Shown: positions 14,803 to 23,601 of the stretch, in pieces | How the letters are laid out: every line of letters starts with the position of its first letter | Numbering within the stretch: position 1 is the first letter of the stretch | NCBI GenBank assembly: GCA_026625185.1 | Contig: CP113000.1 | Location: 2,892,651-2,924,650, forward strand | DNA length: 32,000 nucleotides | DNA from: Thermodesulfobacteriota bacterium | Lineage (GTDB): Bacteria; Desulfobacterota; WTBG01; JAGOGO01 | Reading direction: 5' to 3' | Program-made: the position numbers and the translations under genes | Notes under the pieces: model-generated | Told to the model about the DNA's origin: nothing | The model's input: only the letters and a program-made list of their open reading frames with translations | Databases searched by the model: none

Positions 14803-15531
14803 ATGCCCAAGCTTATTTTAAAGTTCAAGGAAGCATTATTAAAAGAATATGCATTAGAAGAGGAGATGGTGACTATTGGAAGAGTTGATGATAACACCAT
14901 CAAGGTTGATAATATGGCCGTCTCAAGTCATCATGCTAAATTAATTCGAGAAAATGGTGATTATGTTCTGATTGATCTTAACAGTTTAAATGGAACTTTT
15001 GTAAATGGGCAAAAAGTATCAAAATGGATCCTCAAAAATAACGACTTTATAACGATTGGTAAACACACCCTGGTATATATTGATGAAAGAGCACCGAAGA
15101 AATCTCCTTTATCAGGGACCTCTGAATTGAGATCACCTGAAGAAACGGTCATGCTCGATATGCGCACTCAGCAGCAGTTGCTTGAGGAAGCTGCTGCTAA
15201 AAAAGGGGTTGACAAGATGGGAGAATTCGTTGGGGCGCTAACCTTTATATCGGATAACGAAGGTGAAGGTGAAATAGATTTATCAAAACGAATCACCATG
15301 ATTGGAAAGGGTAAAGAGGCGGAAATCAAAATAAAGGGCTTTTTTCTTCCCAATATCTCTGCTGTTATCAGTAGAAGACCGGCCGGATACTTTCTCTCTC
15401 ATTCTGGGGGCAGAGCCATACCAAAGGCAAATGGTGAATCAGTAAAGGGGCAGGTCAAGCTTAAAGATGGTGATATAATCGAAATTGCTGGGCTTAAAAT
15501 GCAATTCTTCTTAAAACCAACCCAAGAATAA
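14803..15531 (+). CDS. Protein with one canonical FHA domain and one degenerate FHA-like domain, 242 aa
   Basis: The N-terminal FHA is VTIGRVDDNTIKVDNMAVSSHHAKL...LIDLNSLNGTFVNGQKV...DFITIGKHTLVY. The C-terminal segment is ITMIGKGKEAEIKIKG...VISRRPAGYFLSH...ANGESVKGQVKLKDGDIIEIAGLKMQF. It keeps the FHA beta-sandwich pattern but lacks the canonical GR / S.H / NGT residues. A GGAGGA RBS lies 9 nt upstream. Confidence 0.85.
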   Translation: MPKLILKFKEALLKEYALEEEMVTIGRVDDNTIKVDNMAVSSHHAKLIRENGDYVLIDLNSLNGTFVNGQKVSKWILKNNDFITIGKHTLVYIDERAPKKSPLSGTSELRSPEETVMLDMRTQQQLLEEAAAKKGVDKMGEFVGALTFISDNEGEGEIDLSKRITMIGKGKEAEIKIKGFFLPNISAVISRRPAGYFLSHSGGRAIPKANGESVKGQVKLKDGDIIEIAGLKMQFFLKPTQE

Positions 15532-15576
15532 TTTTGAATTACGCAGCTTCGGTCCTTTAAAAAGAATAATGAATTT

Positions 15577-15730
15577 TTACCCTGTTAGAAATTCCCCGAT
15601 TACCCTGTTAGATATTTGATATCTATTACTCCAGCAATTAAACACGTAAATAAATTCAGTGCAATGCCCGTTGTTGCTGGAAATAACGACTATGCTTTTA
15701 TATATTTATCTGCCGGAGTAATAACAGGGT
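15577..15730. promoter_or_regulatory. Three copies of an ACCCTGTTA-core motif (two direct, one inverted) upstream of the HPr-fusion gene
   Basis: TTACCCTGTTAGA occurs at 15577-15589 and again at 15600-15612, with a 23-bp period. The inverted core TAACAGGGT is at 15722-15730. A 7-bp stem, CCAGCAA (15631-15637) with TTGCTGG (15674-15680), lies between them. Confidence 0.4.
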
Positions 15731-15954
15731 GAAGAAGCACGGTTGGTAACCTTAAAAAATACTTAAACTTTTTCACACGGGGTAAATAAATCCTTCGAAG
15801 GGGTTTGCTGAACGATAAATCGTTTCATCCGTGAATCTTATCCCTCCTCATTGCTTACTTTTCACTTATCTCAAATTTTTTTTCTTTTTCCTTAACATTT
15901 TTTTTTTGATATTATTCAAAAATATTTTTTCTAAAAATAGTTTCGGAGGCTTGT

Positions 15955-17283
15955 TTGAACAAAAAAGAAAAGAGAACAGAAATATCAAAGTCGACCACGA
16001 CCCACCTCATGGAAATCATCTCGGAAGAGGAATTTTTAAAGCTGGTACAAAATGCTGCCGCTGACGTTCTTCGGCTAAGCCTTTTTTTAGAAGATTTAAA
16101 AAGTAACGAGAAGGTTTTTAATAAAAAATTATTTTACGCGATTCTTACGGTGTCTAGGGACCTGGAAGATTTTTTGGATGCTCATGGCGCAAAAAACAAT
16201 CGAGAGTGGTCTTATTTTAGGGAACTAGTTGCTTCAGCACGCAATTTGGGATTTGTTGCATTTCTGATTGAGCATATCGAAAAAAGTTACATTCCCGCTG
16301 AAGAACAAAAAATTTTTGATGAATATTTTGATAAAACGAGGAATACTAAACATTACTTTAATCAAACCCTACAAAAAATTTTTGAACTTATAAGAGTAGA
16401 AGCCCAACGGCTTAAAATATCTTTTCCTCCAAGAGGACTCACAGAAATTTATTATTATGATATCCCATCGAATAAATTTCTCCCGCAAAATTTGGATGAA
16501 GGAGAAGTAAAAAATAAAAGAGAAAATATTATTAAGATCTGTTCCAAGTATCTCAACATAAGTAGTCAATTTCACGATCTCAGATTCAACAAACAGTATC
16601 CTTCAGAGATACTCGCCCAAATGATTCCCGAAAAAATTAATGAAGAGAGAATCAGACGATTTGAATTGGTTATGCATAATTTAGAGTCGGTTTATGACAC
16701 CTATGTAAAAGATAAGGCGTTGGAAAATGAAGACTCCCGCTTTGGCCGCTTACGGACATATATCTCATCCATCCTCCATCTCTTTGAGATCGCGCGTGTA
16801 TTAGCGCATTTTTATGAGCGCCATGAAAAAATAAACAGTATCCTTGAAAAATCTATTACCCATATTAATATTTTAAACTGTACTATCAACTGGGCGCTTT
16901 ACTACATTAATGTGATGATGCTATCTGGTCGCATGTTGGCTGATGCATTATTAAAGGAATATACGGCGATGGATTCAATTGAATTGCCGGTCCCTAAGGA
17001 CTTAGGTTTTCATCTTCGGCCATCTACCTTAGTTGCAAAGGTGGTTAACCATTATGGTTCTGATGTTTATATGGTAGTGGGACAAGACAAATTTGATGCC
17101 AAAAGTGTTCTTAGTTTAACGTGGGCAGGAGGAAAAATCGCACGAGAAAAAATAGAGAAGGTTACTTTTGTAGGAGATAAAAGAGTATTAAAGGATTTGA
17201 AGATCTTGGCTAATATAAACTATGGTGAGGACATCATGGGAAAAGATCGCCCTTTGCCTAAAATACTTTCCTATCTTCGTTAG
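15955..17283 (+). CDS. Unknown all-helical N-terminal domain (~340 aa) fused to a C-terminal HPr (PTS phosphocarrier) domain, 442 aa
   Basis: The C-terminal ~100 aa (nt 16978-17283) read IELPVPKDLGFHLRPSTLVAKVVNHYGSDVYMVVGQDKFDAKSVLSLTWAGG...VTFVGD. This aligns with HPr (..NGLHTRPAA.FV..A..F.S.I.V...GK...AKSL..L..LG). The His15 equivalent is the cat codon at 17011-17013, and a Ser46 equivalent lies in AKSVLSL. The TTG start at 15955 is 5 nt after a GGAGG at 15945-15949. Confidence 0.75.
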   Translation: MNKKEKRTEISKSTTTHLMEIISEEEFLKLVQNAAADVLRLSLFLEDLKSNEKVFNKKLFYAILTVSRDLEDFLDAHGAKNNREWSYFRELVASARNLGFVAFLIEHIEKSYIPAEEQKIFDEYFDKTRNTKHYFNQTLQKIFELIRVEAQRLKISFPPRGLTEIYYYDIPSNKFLPQNLDEGEVKNKRENIIKICSKYLNISSQFHDLRFNKQYPSEILAQMIPEKINEERIRRFELVMHNLESVYDTYVKDKALENEDSRFGRLRTYISSILHLFEIARVLAHFYERHEKINSILEKSITHINILNCTINWALYYINVMMLSGRMLADALLKEYTAMDSIELPVPKDLGFHLRPSTLVAKVVNHYGSDVYMVVGQDKFDAKSVLSLTWAGGKIAREKIEKVTFVGDKRVLKDLKILANINYGEDIMGKDRPLPKILSYLR

Positions 17284-17317
17284 TTTTCTTTAATTAACTA
17301 TTTCATTAATTAAAACC

Positions 17318-18628
17318 CTAAACGGAAATAAAATGTTTTATTAATTCCAAGTTTTTTTCGGTTGCCCCCTGGTTAACCTTGAGCACGTGAAAACCCCTTT
17401 CCCCACCTATACGGACTTCTTCGCTATTTCTCAAAAGTCTTTGCGCATGAAAAAGTAAATCCTCTTTGGTTTTTACCACGATACCGCCACCAGATTCTAT
17501 TAATACGTCAACAAACTCCGAAACATTGTGGGTATAGGGCCCAAAAATAACGGGTTTTTTATAAACTAAGGGCTCTAAAAGGTTATGCCCTCCGATATTG
17601 ACTAAACTTCCTCCCACAAAGATAATTTCACCGATACTATAAAGTTGAGCAAGTTCACCAATAGTATCTATGAGAATTACCCGTGGCCGTGATAAAGGTC
17701 GATATTTGCTTATTTGGCTTTTGCGGTGGACGGTAAGACCTTTTTTTTTCATTAATTTTTCTACCTCAGAAAATCGTTCAGGATGGCGGGGAGCTAAAAT
17801 TAAAACCAAATTTGAATATTCCTTTATGAGGTGTTGAAAAACTTCAAGAATAATATCTTCCTCCCCCGAATGCGTACTGCCGGCAATAAAAATTTTATCG
17901 TTCCATCCCAAATTAAGCTCGTTTAGAAGTTTTTCTTTGTGATCGTCATTTGCATCCGGAATTTTTTGGTCAAACTTCATATTACCAGTGATTAAAACTT
18001 TTTGAGGATCAGCACCAATATCAAGGACTCTTTGATAATCAATCATCGATTGCATCCCAAAAGCGGACACTTTATTAAAAACTTTTTTAAAAAACCATTT
18101 AAAAAGCTTGTAGCGGCGGCATGATTTAGATGAAATTCGACCATTAACAATCACTGATGGTATTTGCCTTTGATGAAGAAAAAAAAGAAGGTTTGGCCAA
18201 ATTTCAGTCTCAGTATGAATGAAGATACAAGGGTTAATGATCGTAAGTATTTTTTTTACGATAAAAAAAAAGTCGTAAGGAAAATAAATAAGAAAATCTA
18301 TTTCGGAAATTTTTTCCCGGGCAGTTTTATTGCCGGTAAAAGTAATCGTTGAGAAAACTATTTTTTTTTGGGGATATGTTTCCTTGATCTTTTTAATGAT
18401 TGGTATCGAGGCGATAACTTCACCCACTGAAACTGCGTGAATCCAAATAGGATGAACGCCCTTGAGTTGATCGTGAACTGATTTTGGAATGAACCCCATC
18501 CTCTGGCATACTCCCTCACGGTATTTCTTTTTGGCTACCAAGGCTACCAGAAGAACAGGGAGTGCAATAAAGGACAAAATATTATATAAAATATACCACA
18601 TATAGAATTTACTGTTTGGTGCTTTCAC
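17318..18628 (-). CDS. waaA: 3-deoxy-D-manno-octulosonic acid (Kdo) transferase
   Basis: It has an N-terminal membrane anchor. Motifs IWIHAVSVGEV..S.P.IKKIKE, HTETEIWPNL, NGRIS.KS, GNMKFD, LILAPRHPERF and DT.GEL..LY....I.FVGGS match the KdtA/WaaA pattern. The start (GTG 18628 or ATG near 18601) is uncertain. Confidence 0.85.
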   Translation of the reverse strand: MKAPNSKFYMWYILYNILSFIALPVLLVALVAKKKYREGVCQRMGFIPKSVHDQLKGVHPIWIHAVSVGEVIASIPIIKKIKETYPQKKIVFSTITFTGNKTAREKISEIDFLIYFPYDFFFIVKKILTIINPCIFIHTETEIWPNLLFFLHQRQIPSVIVNGRISSKSCRRYKLFKWFFKKVFNKVSAFGMQSMIDYQRVLDIGADPQKVLITGNMKFDQKIPDANDDHKEKLLNELNLGWNDKIFIAGSTHSGEEDIILEVFQHLIKEYSNLVLILAPRHPERFSEVEKLMKKKGLTVHRKSQISKYRPLSRPRVILIDTIGELAQLYSIGEIIFVGGSLVNIGGHNLLEPLVYKKPVIFGPYTHNVSEFVDVLIESGGGIVVKTKEDLLFHAQRLLRNSEEVRIGGERGFHVLKVNQGATEKNLELIKHFISV

Positions 18629-18660
18629 CTTAGACGGCCGACTGGTTCTTTGCCAGGAAA

Positions 18661-20256
18661 TTATGATCCTTCCTCGGAAAAAAATTCAGGATAAACTTTT
18701 TCGATTTCCGCCCGCACATCAGTCAAGTTTTTTATTATCCGGTCAGCATAGGTGTTATTCGGGTATTTATCCAAAACACTTTTCAGCAGATTATAGCTTT
18801 CGATAAGATAACTCTTTTTATGTTCTACGTTTTTACTGCTCCGGGCTTGAAGAAACAATTGGCTTGCCTTAAGCCTCCGAGTGCGAGCCAAGCCATCAAT
18901 AGCTAAAAGTTTCTTTTCTTCAGCGTCAAGTTTATAGGCAGTGCCGGCAAGTTCCTCATAGAGAGCGATGGCCTCTTCAAAATTTTCCGATTCGAGTAAA
19001 TGATTGCCCCTTTCCAATTTTTGTTTTTCCGTTTCATCGCTCACGTTGATTGGTTTATTCTTGTTTAATAAAGTCTCCGTTTTAGGGATAAGCGCAATTT
19101 TTTCCTGCAATGAAAAAGGGTATTCACCGGGAGGAAAAGATCTTTTTAGGGAGAACAAAACTGCTTGCGCTTCCGAATATTTTGACATTTTAATATCACT
19201 ATCTAACTCTCGCAGTTTGCCATCAATGTAGTCTATTCCTTGTTCGGTTAGCTGATTAAGAAAATCCTGAACGCCACTTTGGCACGTAAGGTCTAAGCAT
19301 TCCCTTTGAGCTTCAATGCCCAAATGATATGCCTTAAGAAAATCACCACGCTCATATAAAAGACCATGCGCTTGATCAAGTTTGTTTTTTATCATTATCT
19401 CCTGAGGTCCGGTCTGCAAGAGGGAGGCCTTCCCTTTTACTTTGGCGTACCATGACTCCTCATTCATATAAAAAGCATTAAGTTTTTGAAATATCTCTTG
19501 TGCACGTTGGGTCTGTCCATTATTAATCAGGCATTCACCAAGAGTAAAGTACAGTGGTGCGTTATCTGAGGTAAGGGAAAAGTCTTTAGACATAAGTTCT
19601 TCAATAACGTTACGAGCATCTTCTCCTTGGTTCAAGCAAACAAGAGATAGTGCATAATAAGCCCTACTGGTAAAATTTATTTTTTCGCCGGAGTTAATCT
19701 TGGCAAGTTGATTATAAAGCTCTACTACTTTATAGTAGTTATTTTTCTGGTAATTAGCGGCAATTCCATCTTCCAATTTTTGGGTAATGATTGCATTTTG
19801 ATATTCTCTCCCGCGTAACGATTCAGCGCATTTTAACGTCGCCAGATAATGATCAACCAAATCTAAATAAAATATTTCGCGTGACAAAGCAGTATCACCC
19901 ATCGTTAATTTGTGTTGCAAAATTCTAATCCGTTTCAAATCTTCAAGATACGCAGTAACTATTTGATTTTTTTTAGTAAGGAAAGTATTGTCTTCGGTTG
20001 ATGGTTCCCCATAAAGAGAAACCTTATTTTTCTCAATCTCTATCTGAAGTTCATAAATAATTTCATTGAGCGTTTTTTCCCAAATTGATAGATCTTTTTG
20101 GAGCCTAAGCTTTTGAGCATTTTCCTGCAAAGATTCTTGTTGAGCTTTCGGCCTCGGAGGAACTTCTTTAACTCTCATGCGCTCAGGATAAGCGCAACTA
20201 ACCATAATAAGTATTATTAAAAGAAAACACCACCGTGCTGCATTGCATAACAACAT
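18661..20256 (-). CDS. Putative lipoprotein with TPR-like helical repeats, 531 aa
   Basis: The signal peptide ends in a lipobox-like IMVSC (MLLCNAARWCFLLIILIMVSCAYP). An AAAGGAGAA RBS lies 5 nt upstream of the ATG at 20256. The body is helical and repeat-like, with no catalytic motif recognised. Confidence 0.65.
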   Translation of the reverse strand: MLLCNAARWCFLLIILIMVSCAYPERMRVKEVPPRPKAQQESLQENAQKLRLQKDLSIWEKTLNEIIYELQIEIEKNKVSLYGEPSTEDNTFLTKKNQIVTAYLEDLKRIRILQHKLTMGDTALSREIFYLDLVDHYLATLKCAESLRGREYQNAIITQKLEDGIAANYQKNNYYKVVELYNQLAKINSGEKINFTSRAYYALSLVCLNQGEDARNVIEELMSKDFSLTSDNAPLYFTLGECLINNGQTQRAQEIFQKLNAFYMNEESWYAKVKGKASLLQTGPQEIMIKNKLDQAHGLLYERGDFLKAYHLGIEAQRECLDLTCQSGVQDFLNQLTEQGIDYIDGKLRELDSDIKMSKYSEAQAVLFSLKRSFPPGEYPFSLQEKIALIPKTETLLNKNKPINVSDETEKQKLERGNHLLESENFEEAIALYEELAGTAYKLDAEEKKLLAIDGLARTRRLKASQLFLQARSSKNVEHKKSYLIESYNLLKSVLDKYPNNTYADRIIKNLTDVRAEIEKVYPEFFSEEGS

Positions 20257-20274
20257 TACGGTTCTCCTTTTTTA

Positions 20275-23200
20275 CTACCAAGGGCTCTGAGTGTTGAGTC
20301 GATTGGTTTGGAAGGGAGTAAAAAACCTCTGCGGTCGGAATTGGCCACCCTCTACTTGTCCATAAGAATACACGATTGCTTCATCCCCCGAGTCGCCCAA
20401 TGAGGGGTCTAAAACAAAAGGCAACCCGCTTCCCTTATCAACCGGAACCGCAATTGCCCCTTCTGGGTTCGATAACAAGAGGTCATTCCCCGAAAGAAAT
20501 GCCAGTCCGGCGAGGTCAATATTTCTGTGAAATAGTTGGTTCTTTGTAATTTCATTCGCTACCTCGATCCAAATTGGCAAAGCACCTGAAGCGCCGTAAA
20601 TCCGAAAATGATTGTTTTTCATCGGCGTATTATCATCATACCCAACATAAGCAGCAATAACAAAAGAATTTGGTAAAGACAAATCAAAACCTTTTTCGAA
20701 AAAAGTCGGAATAAAGCCGATATAGCTTGAGTTACTATACTCATTTGCTGTGCCTGTCTTTCCGAGGGTAGGCACGTTAAAAGTCAATGTATTGCCACCA
20801 GTGCCCAAGTTCACTTCGAGTTTAATCGAATCTTGAGCTTTATTGCCGGTCCCATAGCTTACAACATTTTTTAAAATCTGCGCTATCATATAAGCAATAT
20901 GATGATCAAGTACCGGCTTATCCTCGGGGCGATAACGATAAATGTCTTTCCCCTCGGAATCAGTAATTCTATCTATAATAATAGAGTTTTCCAGAGAATA
21001 ATCGTCTCGCACCGTATATTGTTTTCCATCGGTAAAGGTGGTATAGGCGCGCAAAATTTCCAAAACACTAACCGCGCTTGGTCCCAAGGGAAAAGAAAGG
21101 ACAGGCTCTAAAGGAGTATGGATGCCTAAACTTTCACAAAGCTTTACCACGTAAAGAAGCCCAACCAATACTCGGTATTCCCTGATATTACAAAGCGTTA
21201 TCATATCATAGGCACGGTTCAGTTTTATCTTTCCGAGCTCTCTTTCCAGAGACTCACCTAAGTTGGATACTATCATGGAGCGAATTTTACCCTCGATCAA
21301 AATTTCTTCGGCAGAAAATCCGCGGTTGATAAGTTCAATCGCTTTTTCATAACTTAAGGGAATAAACCCTTTTCCCGCTAAGCCCTCACCGTAGCCAACG
21401 ACCTCTTGTCCTTCCGACACACCTAAATAAAATCGATTCAACAAATCAGCGTAATTCACAGGATCAATACCTTTTAACTCATCCCATTTTTTAAGCATTT
21501 CAGAGTTGAGCCGAACGAAGCGAAAAAAATGTTCTTTCAATAATCTTTCTTCAATCGCTTTTTCCAAGACATCCTCCTCACCTTCTGGTATGATGTCTGG
21601 CCGGTATTCATCAAACCCTATTCCGTACTTTACAACTTGTAATTCTTCAGCCTCCTTGGTTCTTCCCTCGAAAATAAGGTCAGCAACCAGTTCTTCCTTC
21701 GCAGCTTGGAAAGCCGATTCTCGAAGGTCCCTTTCATTTATTCTAATGCCCCACGAATCTCGAATTCGTTTTTGAAAAGCCAGGTAATCTTCATTTGCCC
21801 GGGGACTCAAATCCACCAAATCGGCAATCTGTTTAAATTGAGAAAAAGAAAGTTTATCACAAAGGTGATAAAGGAGCCAGACTGACGCCACGTTTTCTGA
21901 TTTTGCTCCCGCCCACGCTAAGGAAACTTTCTCATAAGGGCTTTCGTGATCTGGTCGAGGGAAATAAAACTGGTTTTGAAAAACAAAAATATCGCGCCGG
22001 TTTTCCAAAGGATCAAGAATATTCCATCCTAACTGCAAAGCTGCGGAATATACCAGGGGTTTAAATATAGATCCCATCTGGCGCTTGGCATCAACCGCGC
22101 GGTTGAAATAACTGTTTTCAAAACCTCCACCCATCGCCAAAATCTTACCGCACTGTGAAACCAAAAGCCCCCCTTCAAGTTTCGGTTTTTGCTCTAAGTC
22201 AAATAAAAATATGCCATCTGGCAACTGGTCGCGTACAAAAACATATACTAAATCATTAACTTTTATTTGAGATAACAATTCCTTAACATCCTTTGGGTTT
22301 GTATTCGCCCACATTCCCACTTTGTACTTCGCGTAGGCAGAAGCCAATTCGTTTAAACCCACTTGGTCAACTTTTCCGATAGCCTCCCCCACCCTTACGA
22401 AAATTCCTACATCCTTTCCTTCTTCGATTTTCTTTTCCACTTTTCCAAATACAAATTGACCAATTTTCGGTTCAATAACTTGGGGGATATCCAAATGAGA
22501 ATACCGCATCTGCAAATTTTGCCGATTATACCCTGAAAGCGAAGTTTCAAGCTGAGATAAGTGCTTACGTAATATCAGATGGCTTTTTTGTTGCAGCTCC
22601 TGGTTTACAAAGGTATAGATTTTAATTCCCGAGGTAGCGATATTGCTTATGCCGTGTTCACTTAAAATTTGTTGGTATTTTTCCGATTGGAGCTCTTCCC
22701 GAATGTAATCTAAAATCACATTGAGATCAAAATAAACCTTTCCTTCCTTAAAAGGTATCGAGGCTTGAAAAAGCTCTGTGTACTGAGAAGGGGTGATCAT
22801 GCCGAGCTTTGCCATATTCCGGAGAACATAATTTTTTCGTTCAATCGCCCGTTCAAAAACTACCTTCTTTTTTTCCTGATTGGCATGCACGAGAGGATTA
22901 TACCGATTGGGGGCCCGAACTGCTCCAGCAATAAACGCGCATTCCAGGAGAGTTAACTGGTCTACTGATTTGTCAAAAAAATATTTTGCCGCAATCGCTA
23001 ATCCCCGACCGGTCCCGGTCACATAAAATTGATTGGTAAAAAACTCAATAATCTCTTCTTTTGAGAAATGGGCTTCAAGCTTGAGCGCTTGAGCCAATTC
23101 TATGAGTTTCGCTTCAAACGTGCGTCCACTCCGTTTAAAAAGGTTTTTGGCGGTTTGCTGGGTGAGCGTGCTTCCACCCTGAATGATTTTCCCTGATTCC

Positions 23201-23601
23201 AGGTTTACGAAAGCCGCCCGAAGAATACTTAACGGATCAACCCCAGAGTGGTGAAAATAATTTTTGTCTTCAGCCGCCACTAAGGCGTTCACAAAATTTT
23301 TGGGAATGTCCTGATATTTTATATAAATACGATGTTCATTTTCAAAAAACACTCCAATCAAATTTTTCCCGTCATCATAATAAACCGGCGTTTCCCGCGA
23401 TAACGCATCCATAATTGCTTTTCGCGTAAAATCTTTCCCCGGCTGCGCAATAATAAAATAAAAGTACAGAGCGCAAAGAACGCCAACACCAAGCAAACCG
23501 ACCAAAAAGGCAAATACTACCATTGACCGCATTCTTTCCCAGAGCCAGAAAAAAATAAAAAATGGAAAAAAGAGTATTTTTATGATAATTTTAAATTTCA
23601 T
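20275..23601 (-). CDS. Class A penicillin-binding protein (GT51 glycosyltransferase plus transpeptidase), unusually long at 1108 aa
   Basis: GT51 motifs are AAEDKNYFHHSGVD, GGSTLTQQTAKN and RKIxE-like KLIELAQALKLE. Transpeptidase motifs are SIFK (S511..K514), SEN (568-570) and KTG (948-950). The N-terminus carries a TM anchor. Confidence 0.9.
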   Translation of the reverse strand: MKFKIIIKILFFPFFIFFWLWERMRSMVVFAFLVGLLGVGVLCALYFYFIIAQPGKDFTRKAIMDALSRETPVYYDDGKNLIGVFFENEHRIYIKYQDIPKNFVNALVAAEDKNYFHHSGVDPLSILRAAFVNLESGKIIQGGSTLTQQTAKNLFKRSGRTFEAKLIELAQALKLEAHFSKEEIIEFFTNQFYVTGTGRGLAIAAKYFFDKSVDQLTLLECAFIAGAVRAPNRYNPLVHANQEKKKVVFERAIERKNYVLRNMAKLGMITPSQYTELFQASIPFKEGKVYFDLNVILDYIREELQSEKYQQILSEHGISNIATSGIKIYTFVNQELQQKSHLILRKHLSQLETSLSGYNRQNLQMRYSHLDIPQVIEPKIGQFVFGKVEKKIEEGKDVGIFVRVGEAIGKVDQVGLNELASAYAKYKVGMWANTNPKDVKELLSQIKVNDLVYVFVRDQLPDGIFLFDLEQKPKLEGGLLVSQCGKILAMGGGFENSYFNRAVDAKRQMGSIFKPLVYSAALQLGWNILDPLENRRDIFVFQNQFYFPRPDHESPYEKVSLAWAGAKSENVASVWLLYHLCDKLSFSQFKQIADLVDLSPRANEDYLAFQKRIRDSWGIRINERDLRESAFQAAKEELVADLIFEGRTKEAEELQVVKYGIGFDEYRPDIIPEGEEDVLEKAIEERLLKEHFFRFVRLNSEMLKKWDELKGIDPVNYADLLNRFYLGVSEGQEVVGYGEGLAGKGFIPLSYEKAIELINRGFSAEEILIEGKIRSMIVSNLGESLERELGKIKLNRAYDMITLCNIREYRVLVGLLYVVKLCESLGIHTPLEPVLSFPLGPSAVSVLEILRAYTTFTDGKQYTVRDDYSLENSIIIDRITDSEGKDIYRYRPEDKPVLDHHIAYMIAQILKNVVSYGTGNKAQDSIKLEVNLGTGGNTLTFNVPTLGKTGTANEYSNSSYIGFIPTFFEKGFDLSLPNSFVIAAYVGYDDNTPMKNNHFRIYGASGALPIWIEVANEITKNQLFHRNIDLAGLAFLSGNDLLLSNPEGAIAVPVDKGSGLPFVLDPSLGDSGDEAIVYSYGQVEGGQFRPQRFFTPFQTNRLNTQSPW

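Noticed and set aside
15792-15801. CCTTCGAAGG, considered as a tRNA T-arm (GTTCGAA-like) indicating a hidden tRNA
   Set aside because: No acceptor, D-arm or anticodon-arm pairing can be built around it. It is a plain palindrome.
17289-17314. Two TTAATTAA palindromes forming a 9-bp AT-only stem in the 34-bp gap between the convergent HPr-fusion and waaA genes, considered as a bidirectional terminator
   Set aside because: The stem is entirely A-T, and no U-tract follows it on either strand. It would be very weak as an intrinsic terminator.
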